Shown one piece after another: positions 36,438-45,248 of a stretch of 58,134 bases of DNA (positions are counted from its first letter, which is position 1; every line of letters begins with the position of its first letter). The notes under the pieces were generated by a model that was not told where the DNA came from, did no database searches, and was given only the letters and a program-made list of their open reading frames with translations. The stretch is from an uncultured Bacteroidales bacterium (GTDB taxonomy: Bacteria; Bacteroidota; Bacteroidia; Bacteroidales; VadinHA17). Position numbers and translations under genes: made by a program. The DNA lies in the NCBI GenBank assembly GCA_937871625.1, contig CALMRD010000276.1, positions 1-58,134 of the forward strand. The letters are read 5' to 3'.

Positions 36438-36579
36438 ATTGGTCGAATGGAACTTACATGCAGTAAATGATCTTTGCTTTATGCGAGTTATTGCTTATGT
36501 AAGTTTCATTGGTCGAATAGAACTTGCATGAATTTTCTGATCAAAACCTGTTGCGGGTTCCTGCTCATGCAAGTTTCAT
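36438..36579 (-). repeat. palindromic intergenic element, locus D (2 tandem units, 70-bp period)
   Basis: Plus-strand reading of unit 1 (36438-36507): ATTGGTCGAATGGAACTTACATGCA, 32 nt, TTATGTAAGTTTC. Unit 2 (36508-36579): ATTGGTCGAATAGAACTTGCATGAA, 32 nt, TCATGCAAGTTTCAT. The locus fills the kinase-regulator gap and ends 22 nt before ATG 36415. Confidence 0.9.
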
Positions 36580-36594
36580 CCCGAAATGATATTT

Positions 36595-37653
36595 TCACGT
36601 TTTCCGGCAGGGAAACCTCAACTCCGCAGTAAACCTGTCGTCAGAGCGGTTTACTGTCAGTCCGGCCTTATCCCCGAAGAAGAGTTGCAGCCTGCTGCTG
36701 ACATTCTTCAGTCCTATGCCTGCCCCCCTCCGTGTCACGACGGATTCCTTGTCGATATTGTTTGTAATTGAGATTCCAACAAGATCATCCTTCATTCTTG
36801 CCTCTGTCTTAATGATGATCTCTTCGGTAGATTCATACACTCCGTGCTTGATGGCGTTTTCATAGAGAGGCTGAAGCAGCATCCCCGGAAGTAGTGCCGG
36901 CAGGCATTCGGGGCTTATATCCTCCTCTATGACCAGTCTGTCACCAAACCTCACCTTCTCGATCTGCAGGTAGAGCCTCAGGCTCTCCAGCTCATTCTGA
37001 AGGGTCACCGGCTGATCATTTTTGGAGGAGAGGGAGTATCGCATGAAATCAGAGAGCTTGACAATCATCTCCCTGGCCTTGAGAGGGTCGGTAACGGTGA
37101 GAGAACTGACGGAATTGAGGCTGTTGAAAAGGAAATGCGGATTAATCTGTGAGCGGAGCATCATGAGCTCCCCGTTGCGTACCTGTGCCTCCAGCTGTGC
37201 CTGCCGGGCCGCCTTCTCCGCAAGCCGGCCGGCGCTGAGAAAGAGGTAGTAGACAAGAATGATCACAAAATAGATGAGTATGCCCGCCGTAATCCTGAAA
37301 ACCAGTACCGAATGCCAGAAGATCATATAGTCCATCTTCTCGGTCACCAGAGCCCTTACCAGGAACCTTGTGATGAATAGCCAGGCAAAGATGGTGACTG
37401 ATCCTGTCAGCACAATATTGAAGATCGCAGTATAGGCTTCAGTGTCATTCCTCAGTATGTATCTCACCGGGAACCATATCGCCAGACCCAGGATACCGTA
37501 GAGCAGCATCGATATGGCGCCGTCAAGAAGAGCCACATTCAGGGTGCTGCCATAGACAAAATGAATGAGAAGTGACTGGCAGGCTGAAAGTATCAGCCAT
37601 ACCAGCCACCAGGTCAGTAACCATGTCCTGTTCTGCAGTACCGGGTGCTTCAT
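36595..37653 (-). CDS. LytS/YehU-like sensor histidine kinase
   Basis: 352 aa. Polytopic N-terminal membrane domain, the His_kinase motif QINPHFLFNSLN, and a C-terminal ATPase domain. Confidence 0.85.
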   Translation of the reverse strand: MKHPVLQNRTWLLTWWLVWLILSACQSLLIHFVYGSTLNVALLDGAISMLLYGILGLAIWFPVRYILRNDTEAYTAIFNIVLTGSVTIFAWLFITRFLVRALVTEKMDYMIFWHSVLVFRITAGILIYFVIILVYYLFLSAGRLAEKAARQAQLEAQVRNGELMMLRSQINPHFLFNSLNSVSSLTVTDPLKAREMIVKLSDFMRYSLSSKNDQPVTLQNELESLRLYLQIEKVRFGDRLVIEEDISPECLPALLPGMLLQPLYENAIKHGVYESTEEIIIKTEARMKDDLVGISITNNIDKESVVTRRGAGIGLKNVSSRLQLFFGDKAGLTVNRSDDRFTAELRFPCRKT

Positions 37654-37656
37654 ATA

Positions 37657-38400
37657 TTATTTGTAGCTTTTGATCTCGCCTCCTCCGAAGATCACGGTGC
37701 CTCTCAGAGTAAGGCTTCTCGTGTTGTCTCTCATCTCATCGCCCCGCAGTTTCCTGCTGTCTGAAAAGCCGCCCAGTATGGGAGTCACATCTATTATTAC
37801 GTTCCAGTTGTCAGGTACAATTACGGTTGTACCCCCAAAGATACAGGTAATTTCTATCACATTGTTACCCGGGGCCAGCGACGATCTTGTAAGGTCAACC
37901 TCTCCGCCACCGAAGACCGAAGTTATTTTTCCACCCTGGAAATTATCAGAGATAAGCTGCCGTTCCGCGCCGCTGAAGATGTTGACAATGTCTATTACAT
38001 CTGCCTTGTTCGCGCTCCTGTTGTAGCTTACGGCTTTTGCGAGCCTTTTGGAATTCATGAGTATCACTATGCCAATCACAATGAAGAGGGCAGGCCAGAA
38101 GAAATTAAATGACCTGAAGAAATCGGTGAACAGCTCCGGTATCAGAAAGAAACCTCCGACGGATATCAGTACTATACCCGGAGTCTTGTTGTCAGATCCC
38201 ACGAGTGTTATGACGCCGATGACTATCAGCAGCATCTGCCAGCTGAAAATGACATCATCAATAAAGTTGTCGAGAGGTCCGGGGAGGACTGTCGTCTTTT
38301 TGAGGATAAGCACCAGTCCTGCGACGATGAGTAGTATCCCGATGATAAGCCTGCTTGAGTTTTCGGGATTTTTCAGTGGTTTGTTTGTTTCGTTTTCCAT
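37657..38400 (-). CDS. LiaF-like membrane protein (TM region plus C-terminal beta-rich DUF2154-like domain)
   Basis: 247 aa. About 4 TM segments followed by a repetitive GG-containing C-terminal domain (FGGGEVDL, FGGTTVIV, FGGGEIKS). It lies 3 nt upstream of the kinase gene. Confidence 0.65.
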   Translation of the reverse strand: MENETNKPLKNPENSSRLIIGILLIVAGLVLILKKTTVLPGPLDNFIDDVIFSWQMLLIVIGVITLVGSDNKTPGIVLISVGGFFLIPELFTDFFRSFNFFWPALFIVIGIVILMNSKRLAKAVSYNRSANKADVIDIVNIFSGAERQLISDNFQGGKITSVFGGGEVDLTRSSLAPGNNVIEITCIFGGTTVIVPDNWNVIIDVTPILGGFSDSRKLRGDEMRDNTRSLTLRGTVIFGGGEIKSYK

Positions 38401-38426
38401 CAGTAGAAGATTATTTGGTTTGGATG

Positions 38427-38762
38427 TTATTTTTTTCTTTTTGTAATCGGCCTGATCATGAATGCCACTCCGGCAAGCACCAGTATTGCTGGCCAGAATA
38501 TCTGCCTGTAAAGAGGGGATAGCTGTACAGTCATGTCAGGCATGAGGAACCAGAATCCCAGAGCGAACAGGACTACGGCTGATACCAGCTCAAGGCTCAG
38601 GAGGGACCACACCCCGAAGAATATCAGGAGCATCTCCCATCTGAAGTACTCTGAGATCTCTCCCAGGCTGAGCAGGTCTGTTTTCGCTGCTATCATCACC
38701 AGCCCAAGTGCTATCAGGAAACGCGCGATGCCTGTAAACGGATTGTGATCTCTCTCTTTCAT
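38427..38762 (-). CDS. small integral membrane protein (LiaI/LiaF-TM-like)
   Basis: ORF 38427..39011 trimmed to ATG 38762 (MKERDHNPFTGIARFLIALGLVMIAA...), giving 111 aa with 3-4 TM segments. The longer version would run through the divergent promoter region and into yceD. Confidence 0.5.
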   Translation of the reverse strand: MKERDHNPFTGIARFLIALGLVMIAAKTDLLSLGEISEYFRWEMLLIFFGVWSLLSLELVSAVVLFALGFWFLMPDMTVQLSPLYRQIFWPAILVLAGVAFMIRPITKRKK

Positions 38763-38785
38763 GTCGGTCGATTTGGTTTTCAGAT

Positions 38786-38793
38786 CAAAAATA
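38786..38793 (-). promoter_or_regulatory. candidate -7 promoter box (TATTTTTG on minus strand) for the Lia-like/LytS/LytTR operon
   Basis: The reverse complement of CAAAAATA matches TAnnTTTG, 24 nt upstream of ATG 38762. Confidence 0.4.
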
Positions 38794-38839
38794 CCATCAC
38801 TTACCACCCCGTTACCAGAGATTTCCGGCAGGATGCGGA

Positions 38840-38859
38840 TAAACGGCGGTAAACGGCGA
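38840..38859 (-). promoter_or_regulatory. tandem 10-bp direct repeat (minus strand TCGCCGTTTA CCGCCGTTTA), possible LytTR-regulator site
   Basis: Two adjacent 9/10-identical repeats lie 47-66 nt upstream of the -7 box at 38786-38793. LytTR regulators typically bind paired direct repeats. The link to this regulator is inference only. Confidence 0.3.
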
Positions 38860-38916
38860 AAAGGAGGGGGATTGTTACTTTTTTGTTCATAATTTTTTTT
38901 ATTGGAGCAGTATTTA

Positions 38917-38924
38917 TAATTTTG
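38917..38924 (+). promoter_or_regulatory. candidate -7 promoter box (TAATTTTG) for yceD-rpmF-plsX-fabH
   Basis: Matches TAnnTTTG 21 nt upstream of ATG 38945. Confidence 0.45.
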
Positions 38925-38944
38925 CAGACCGAAAAAAAGGGAAG

Positions 38945-39466
38945 ATGCCCGGATTGTATTCCATACCGCTGGCCGGACTGAAGGAAGCCAGGTACACCTA
39001 CGACTTTTCACTGGGTGCCGATTTCTTTGAGTCTTTTGAGGGGTCGGAGATAAAGAGGGGAGAGCTCAAAGCGGAGGTAGTGCTTCAGAAATGTTCCGCT
39101 CATTTTGAGCTTGATATTATCATTAACGGTCAGGTCGGTGTGATATGTGACAGATGTCTTGACGAGTTTTTCATGCCGGTATCCTCTGTCAACAGACTGT
39201 ATGTCAGGCAGGGCAGGGAATGGGGTGACAGTGATCCTGACATGGTCACAATATCTCCGGATGAGTACGAGCTGGATCTGAGTCAGTTTTTCTATGAATA
39301 CATAAACCTGGCGTTGCCCATAAAACGAATACATCCTGATGACAGTGAAGGTCGTACCACCTGCGATCCGGAAATGATCAGGAAGCTTGAAGAACATCTC
39401 GCGAAAGGGGAGAAAGAGCATGATCCACGGTGGGATGAGCTTGAGAGACTGACTACGAACAACTAA
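38945..39466 (+). CDS. yceD: YceD family protein (DUF177, 23S rRNA accumulation protein)
   Basis: 173 aa. DUF177-like sequence (CDRCLDEF, acidic C-terminus) in the conserved position directly upstream of rpmF. Confidence 0.85.
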   Translation: MPGLYSIPLAGLKEARYTYDFSLGADFFESFEGSEIKRGELKAEVVLQKCSAHFELDIIINGQVGVICDRCLDEFFMPVSSVNRLYVRQGREWGDSDPDMVTISPDEYELDLSQFFYEYINLALPIKRIHPDDSEGRTTCDPEMIRKLEEHLAKGEKEHDPRWDELERLTTNN

Positions 39467-39481
39467 AAAAACATTACTGCG

Positions 39482-39667
39482 ATGCCAAATCCAAAACACA
39501 GACACTCCAGCACCAGGAGAGACAAGAGGAGAACCCACTACAAGGCTGTTGCCCCGACTGTGGCTGCATGCGCCAACTGCGGTTCCGCACATCTGTATCA
39601 CAGGGTATGCCCTGAATGCGGATACTACAGGGGAAAGCTGGCCGTCGAGAAGAAGACGACCGCCTGA
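39482..39667 (+). CDS. rpmF: 50S ribosomal protein L32
   Basis: 61 aa: MPNPKHRHSSTRRDKRRTHYK... with a CANCG...CPECG zinc ribbon. Confidence 0.95.
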   Translation: MPNPKHRHSSTRRDKRRTHYKAVAPTVAACANCGSAHLYHRVCPECGYYRGKLAVEKKTTA

Positions 39668-39695
39668 CCCTTCAACCGTTCAAAAAAGCTGAACG

Positions 39696-40640
39696 ATGAA
39701 AATAGGTCTTGATGTCATGGGGGGCGACTTTGCTCCCGATGCCGTTCTTGAAGGGGCTGTGGATGCCCTGGGACAGCTGCGCTCAGGAGACCGTATAGTG
39801 CTCCTTGGTTACGGTCCCGTGATCAGGGAGAAGCTTGCGCTCCTGGATACAGATCCCGACCGCTTCGATATTGTGCCTACCACGGAGGTTATTGAGATGT
39901 CAGACCATCCTGCCAAGGCATTCTCACAGAAGAGGGATTCATCCATCGCAGTAGGATACAACATGCTCAAGAGCGGGCTCATAGACGGTTTTGCCAGTGC
40001 AGGCAACACCGGTGCGATGCTCGTCGGAGCAAGCTATACCGTCAACGTCATCCCCGGTGTCTTCAGGCCCGCCCTTGCCGCCCTCATCCCCAATATAAAC
40101 GGCAGCTCATCCGTGATACTTGACGTGGGAATTAACCCTGACAGCAAACCGGATGTACTTCTTCAGTACGGGCTGCTGGGGACGGTCTATGCAAAGTTTG
40201 TTCTTGGCATTGATAATCCATCCGTCGGGCTGCTGAACATAGGCGCCGAGGATACAAAGGGCTCGGCAGCAGTGAAAAGCGCCTTCGAGCTGCTGCGGGA
40301 AAGCAGCGAAATAAGTTTCAGGGGCAATATTGAAGGCCACAACCTCTTCACCGACGAGATGACTGATGTCATCGTGTGCGACGGTTTCGTGGGCAACGTG
40401 GTCCTGAAGATGGCGGAGAAATTCTATGGGCTGCTGAAATCAAAGGGGATCAGTGATGCCTTTTTTGACAGGCTTAATTTTGAAGTTGTCGGAGGCACAC
40501 CCGTGCTTGGCATCAATGAGAATGTCGTGGTAGGACACGGTATCTCAAACCGCAAGGCTATCATGAACATGCTTCTTAAAACAGGCGATGTTATTCATGC
40601 CGACCTTGCCGGAAAGATCAAGGAGGCGCTTGGAGCATGA
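39696..40640 (+). CDS. plsX: phosphate acyltransferase PlsX
   Basis: 314 aa. Has [14 protein letters not shown] and is collinear with PlsX throughout. Confidence 0.95.
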   Translation: MKIGLDVMGGDFAPDAVLEGAVDALGQLRSGDRIVLLGYGPVIREKLALLDTDPDRFDIVPTTEVIEMSDHPAKAFSQKRDSSIAVGYNMLKSGLIDGFASAGNTGAMLVGASYTVNVIPGVFRPALAALIPNINGSSSVILDVGINPDSKPDVLLQYGLLGTVYAKFVLGIDNPSVGLLNIGAEDTKGSAAVKSAFELLRESSEISFRGNIEGHNLFTDEMTDVIVCDGFVGNVVLKMAEKFYGLLKSKGISDAFFDRLNFEVVGGTPVLGINENVVVGHGISNRKAIMNMLLKTGDVIHADLAGKIKEALGA

Positions 40641-41647
40641 CAAGGATCAGAGCTGCAGTTACCGGAATAAATGCATGGGTGCCGGAATACCGGCTTAACA
40701 ACCAGGAGCTCTCGACGATGGTGGAGACCAGCGACGAGTGGATCATGCAACGTGTCGGCATCAGGGAGAGAAGGATACTTAAGGGTGAAGGGCTCGGCAC
40801 ATCCGACCTGGGTGCTCCTGCTGTCAGAGGCCTTCTTGAGAAGACAGGTACCTCCCCCGATGAGGTGGACCTGCTCATCTGCGCAACCATAACACCCGAC
40901 ATGATGTTTCCGGCAACTGCCAACATCATCAGCGATAAGGCAGGAATAAAAAATGCCTTCAGCTTTGACGTCGGGGCCGCCTGCTCAGGGTTCCTCTTTG
41001 CACTGCAGACAGCAACATCATACGTTGAGTCTGGAAGATACAAAAAGGTGATAGTGGTTGGCGCCGACAAGATGTCATCCATAACTGACTACACTGACCG
41101 TACCACCTGTACACTGTTTGGTGATGCCGCCGGAGCTGTCCTCCTCGAACCCACCACGGAGGAATTTGGAGTGATGGATCATATCTTTAAAAGTGACGGG
41201 TCTGGAAGGAAATACCTTCACATGAAAGCCGGGGGGTCACTCAGGCCTGCATCACATGAGACGGTGGGCGGACGCGAACACTATGTATACCAGGAAGGAC
41301 AGGCTGTCTTCAAGTTTGCCGTCTCCAACATGGCTGACATCGCGGTGGAGGTGATGGCCCGCAATAACCTCCGTCCCGAAGATATAGCCTGGCTGGTGCC
41401 GCACCAGGCAAACCTCCGTATCATCGATGCCACTGGCCGCAGAATGGGACTGCCACCGGAAAAGGTGATGATCAACATACAGAATTACGGCAACACCACC
41501 GCCGCCACAATACCTCTTGTCCTCTGGGAATTTGAGAACAGGCTCAGAAAGGGAGATAACCTTGTTCTTGCCGCTTTCGGAGGAGGATTTACATGGGGCA
41601 GTATATGGCTGAAATGGGCGTATGATCCACCTCCTGCGGAACATTAA
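40637..41647 (+). CDS. fabH: 3-oxoacyl-ACP synthase III
   Basis: 336 aa. Cys-His-Asn triad contexts [15 protein letters not shown] and YGNTTAAT. There is a 4-nt overlap with plsX. Confidence 0.95.
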   Translation: MTRIRAAVTGINAWVPEYRLNNQELSTMVETSDEWIMQRVGIRERRILKGEGLGTSDLGAPAVRGLLEKTGTSPDEVDLLICATITPDMMFPATANIISDKAGIKNAFSFDVGAACSGFLFALQTATSYVESGRYKKVIVVGADKMSSITDYTDRTTCTLFGDAAGAVLLEPTTEEFGVMDHIFKSDGSGRKYLHMKAGGSLRPASHETVGGREHYVYQEGQAVFKFAVSNMADIAVEVMARNNLRPEDIAWLVPHQANLRIIDATGRRMGLPPEKVMINIQNYGNTTAATIPLVLWEFENRLRKGDNLVLAAFGGGFTWGSIWLKWAYDPPPAEH

Positions 41648-41701
41648 TCTTCCTGGTAACGTTGATTCAGCCCTTTTTTTTTCTCAGGCCACAATACTTT
41701 T

Positions 41702-41709
41702 TATATTTG
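41702..41709 (+). promoter_or_regulatory. candidate -7 promoter box (TATATTTG) for the bactofilin-atp cluster
   Basis: Matches TAnnTTTG 47 nt upstream of ATG 41756. Confidence 0.45.
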
Positions 41710-41755
41710 TGGGTTAAAATAACTCAGGGGTAAGTGATTCAACACAAATTTCATT

Positions 41756-42145
41756 ATGGCAAAAATAATAGAGACAGACAACGGAGCGGCAGTTAACCTG
41801 ATAAGCCAGGGTACAGAGATAACCGGCGACATCAAGTCAACGGGAGATGTACGCATTGACGGAGTGCTGAACGGTAACATGGTAACCCGGGGCAAGGTTG
41901 TGATCGGCCCTACCGGTCGTATCAAGGGCGAGGTGGAGTGCAAGAACTCCGAAGTGTCAGGCCTCATCGAAGGCAAGATAACTGTCACACAGTTGCTGAT
42001 ACTCAAGGCTTCATCAAAGATCAACGGCACCATTGTGACTGACAAGCTCTCCATTGAGCCCGGAGCCATCTTTACAGGAAACTGCTCCATGAAAGACGGT
42101 GAGAATGGAGGAACAGCAGCCAAATCCAAAGAGGGAGAAAAATAA
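41756..42145 (+). CDS. bactofilin (polymer-forming cytoskeletal protein, DUF583)
   Basis: 129 aa. Repetitive beta-helix pattern (ITGDIKSTGDVRIDGVLNGNM, GKVVIGPTGRIKGEV, EVSGLIEGKI, INGTIVTDKLSIEPGAIFTG). Confidence 0.85.
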   Translation: MAKIIETDNGAAVNLISQGTEITGDIKSTGDVRIDGVLNGNMVTRGKVVIGPTGRIKGEVECKNSEVSGLIEGKITVTQLLILKASSKINGTIVTDKLSIEPGAIFTGNCSMKDGENGGTAAKSKEGEK

Positions 42146-42347
42146 GGGGGAGGGCGGCCTTCAGGCCTACTCCCGGTACAGCGCCATCGCCATCGAAATG
42201 GCGGTAATAATTATCCTTACATCCATAGGCGGAGTCAAACTCGACAAAGCTATAGGCACTGAACCCATATTCACCGTAATACTATCACTGCTGGGGGTGG
42301 CAGCAGCCATCTGGCTTGTGATAAGAGAAGCTGTCAGAAACAAATAG
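42099..42347 (+). CDS. atpZ: AtpZ/AtpI-family small membrane protein
   Basis: 82 aa. Basic N-terminus, then YSRYSAIAIEMAVIIILTSIGGVKLD and a second TM segment. The only in-frame starts (42099, 42105) overlap the bactofilin 3' end by 41-47 nt. Confidence 0.65.
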   Translation: MRMEEQQPNPKREKNKGEGGLQAYSRYSAIAIEMAVIIILTSIGGVKLDKAIGTEPIFTVILSLLGVAAAIWLVIREAVRNK

Positions 42348-42357
42348 CATCCCTCCA

Positions 42358-42750
42358 ATGACTTCGCCGGTTCCAGTTAAGAATTTATTGTCATGGCTGC
42401 TGCTCACAGCCATCTCTGTCATCCTTATCTTAATAGTCAGTACCACCCGGCCGTCACTGCTGCCAGGTAGAGGTGAACTGTTGCTGACCGGGGGATTTTC
42501 ACTGGCAGCCCTGGCTTCCGTAATCATTTTTTTTCGTGGTGCAGGGAAAAATCCCGAAACAAGTGTCTTTGCTACACTAATTGCACTGGGAATCAAGCTG
42601 CTTCTTTCTTTAGTGCTTGCCCTGTTGTTTTTCGTTGTGCTTAAAAACAGGGACAGCGGTTCACTGTTATTGTTTTTTATCCTATATTTGGCATTCACTG
42701 TTTACGTTATTCTTACATTTCTCAGTGTCCTGAAGAAGAGGTCAGTTTAA
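42358..42750 (+). CDS. hypothetical 4-TM membrane protein in the AtpI position
   Basis: 130 aa and hydrophobic, lying between atpZ and atpB. No diagnostic motif. Confidence 0.5.
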   Translation: MTSPVPVKNLLSWLLLTAISVILILIVSTTRPSLLPGRGELLLTGGFSLAALASVIIFFRGAGKNPETSVFATLIALGIKLLLSLVLALLFFVVLKNRDSGSLLLFFILYLAFTVYVILTFLSVLKKRSV

Positions 42751-42752
42751 TT

Positions 42753-44094
<1,342 letters not shown>

Positions 44095-44106
44095 GCAGGA
44101 AAGCAT

Positions 44107-44131
44107 AGCCTGCAACGGTTGGTTGCAGGCT
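44107..44131 (+). other. intra-operon hairpin immediately after atpE
   Basis: Perfect 10-bp stem AGCCTGCAAC / GTTGCAGGCT with a 5-nt loop and no U-tract. It may be an mRNA-stability or attenuation element. Confidence 0.5.
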
Positions 44132-44160
44132 TTCACCGGAATCAACAAAAAAGAGACAAT

Positions 44161-44673
44161 ATGTTACTACAAAGCAGTCTTGCCAGTCCCGCCATCGGGA
44201 CCGTTTTCTGGACGACACTGATCTTTCTCATGCTGCTCTTCCTGCTCTGGAAGTTTGCATGGGGACCGATCATGAAGGCTGTCAGTTCGCGCGAGGATAT
44301 GATCCGCAATGCGCTTGATGCTGCCGAAAAGGCACGCGAGGAGATGAAGGTCCTGCAGGCTGACAATGAGATCATCCTGCGCAAGGCCCGAGAAGAGAGA
44401 GACAAGATACTCCGTGATGCACGTGTGGCATACGAACGTATGATGTCCGAGGCGAAGGAGAAGAGCCAGTCAGAGTCAGATGCAATGGTCAGAAGAGCCA
44501 GGGAGCTCATTGAACGCGAAAAGGTCAGCGCCATTGCCGAGGTGAAACGCGAGGTGGCCCAGCTGGCAATAGAGGTGGCCTCCAGGGTTGTGGGGGAGAC
44601 ACTGAAGAGCGATGCCGAACAGCAGAAGCTGATAGAGAGATATCTCAGGGAGATAGAGGCGAACCGTAACTGA
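44161..44673 (+). CDS. atpF: F0F1 ATP synthase subunit b
   Basis: 170 aa from ATG 44161. One N-terminal TM segment, then a long charged helix. Confidence 0.85.
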   Translation: MLLQSSLASPAIGTVFWTTLIFLMLLFLLWKFAWGPIMKAVSSREDMIRNALDAAEKAREEMKVLQADNEIILRKAREERDKILRDARVAYERMMSEAKEKSQSESDAMVRRARELIEREKVSAIAEVKREVAQLAIEVASRVVGETLKSDAEQQKLIERYLREIEANRN

Positions 44674-44678
44674 ACCTC

Positions 44679-45230
44679 ATGAACGCAAGCAAGATATCAG
44701 TAAGGTATGCCACCGCCCTCTTCAGCCTCGCACTCGAAAAGAATGCGCTTGAGAGGGTGTACCGCGACATGAAGGTCATCAGCCAAATATCCTCCATGGA
44801 GGAGGTCATGGAGATGACAGGCAATCCGGTCATACCGCTGCAGAAGAGAAAGGAGATAATGATTGTCCTTGCAGGTGATGGTGCAGATGCCCTTACCGTC
44901 AGGTTCATCGGGCTGATGTTTGACCAGGGCAGGGGAGAATTCCTCGGGGCGGCAGCACGTAATGTCATTGACCTGACACGCCGCCACAGGGGCATACGTG
45001 AAGTCACCCTCACCACCGCGGTGCCTGTCGGCGAAAGCCTCAGGAAGGAGATGGCCCTCCTGATGGAGGAGAAGGAGGCCGGAGAGATCGAATTCATTGA
45101 GAAGATTGACGAATCGGTCATCGGAGGCTTTATTCTCAGGGTTGATGATGCATATATCGATGCGAGCGTAAAGAACAGGCTCAACAGATTCAGAAAGGAA
45201 TTTTCACTGGCAGGGTATGCCGAAGAATAG
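44679..45230 (+). CDS. atpH: F0F1 ATP synthase subunit delta (OSCP)
   Basis: 183 aa. Begins RYATALFSLALE, has a GGFILRVDD block, and sits between atpF and atpA. Confidence 0.85.
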   Translation: MNASKISVRYATALFSLALEKNALERVYRDMKVISQISSMEEVMEMTGNPVIPLQKRKEIMIVLAGDGADALTVRFIGLMFDQGRGEFLGAAARNVIDLTRRHRGIREVTLTTAVPVGESLRKEMALLMEEKEAGEIEFIEKIDESVIGGFILRVDDAYIDASVKNRLNRFRKEFSLAGYAEE

Positions 45231-45248
45231 ATTATAAGATAAAGAGAG

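Noticed and set aside
36438-36579. Possible mini CRISPR array: a ~37-nt palindromic repeat with two 32-nt spacers
   Set aside because: The putative spacers are homologous to each other and to the loops of copies at 20438, 27879 and 28767. There are only two periods and no cas genes in the window. It is a tandem pair of a dispersed hairpin element, not repeat-spacer architecture.
38763-39011. N-terminal 83-aa extension of ORF 38427..39011
   Set aside because: It would span the divergent promoter region (two -7 boxes and the direct repeats) and overlap yceD. The hydrophobic membrane protein begins at ATG 38762.
39008-39601. 197-aa minus-strand ORF
   Set aside because: It is antisense to yceD and rpmF, both of which are confidently identified.
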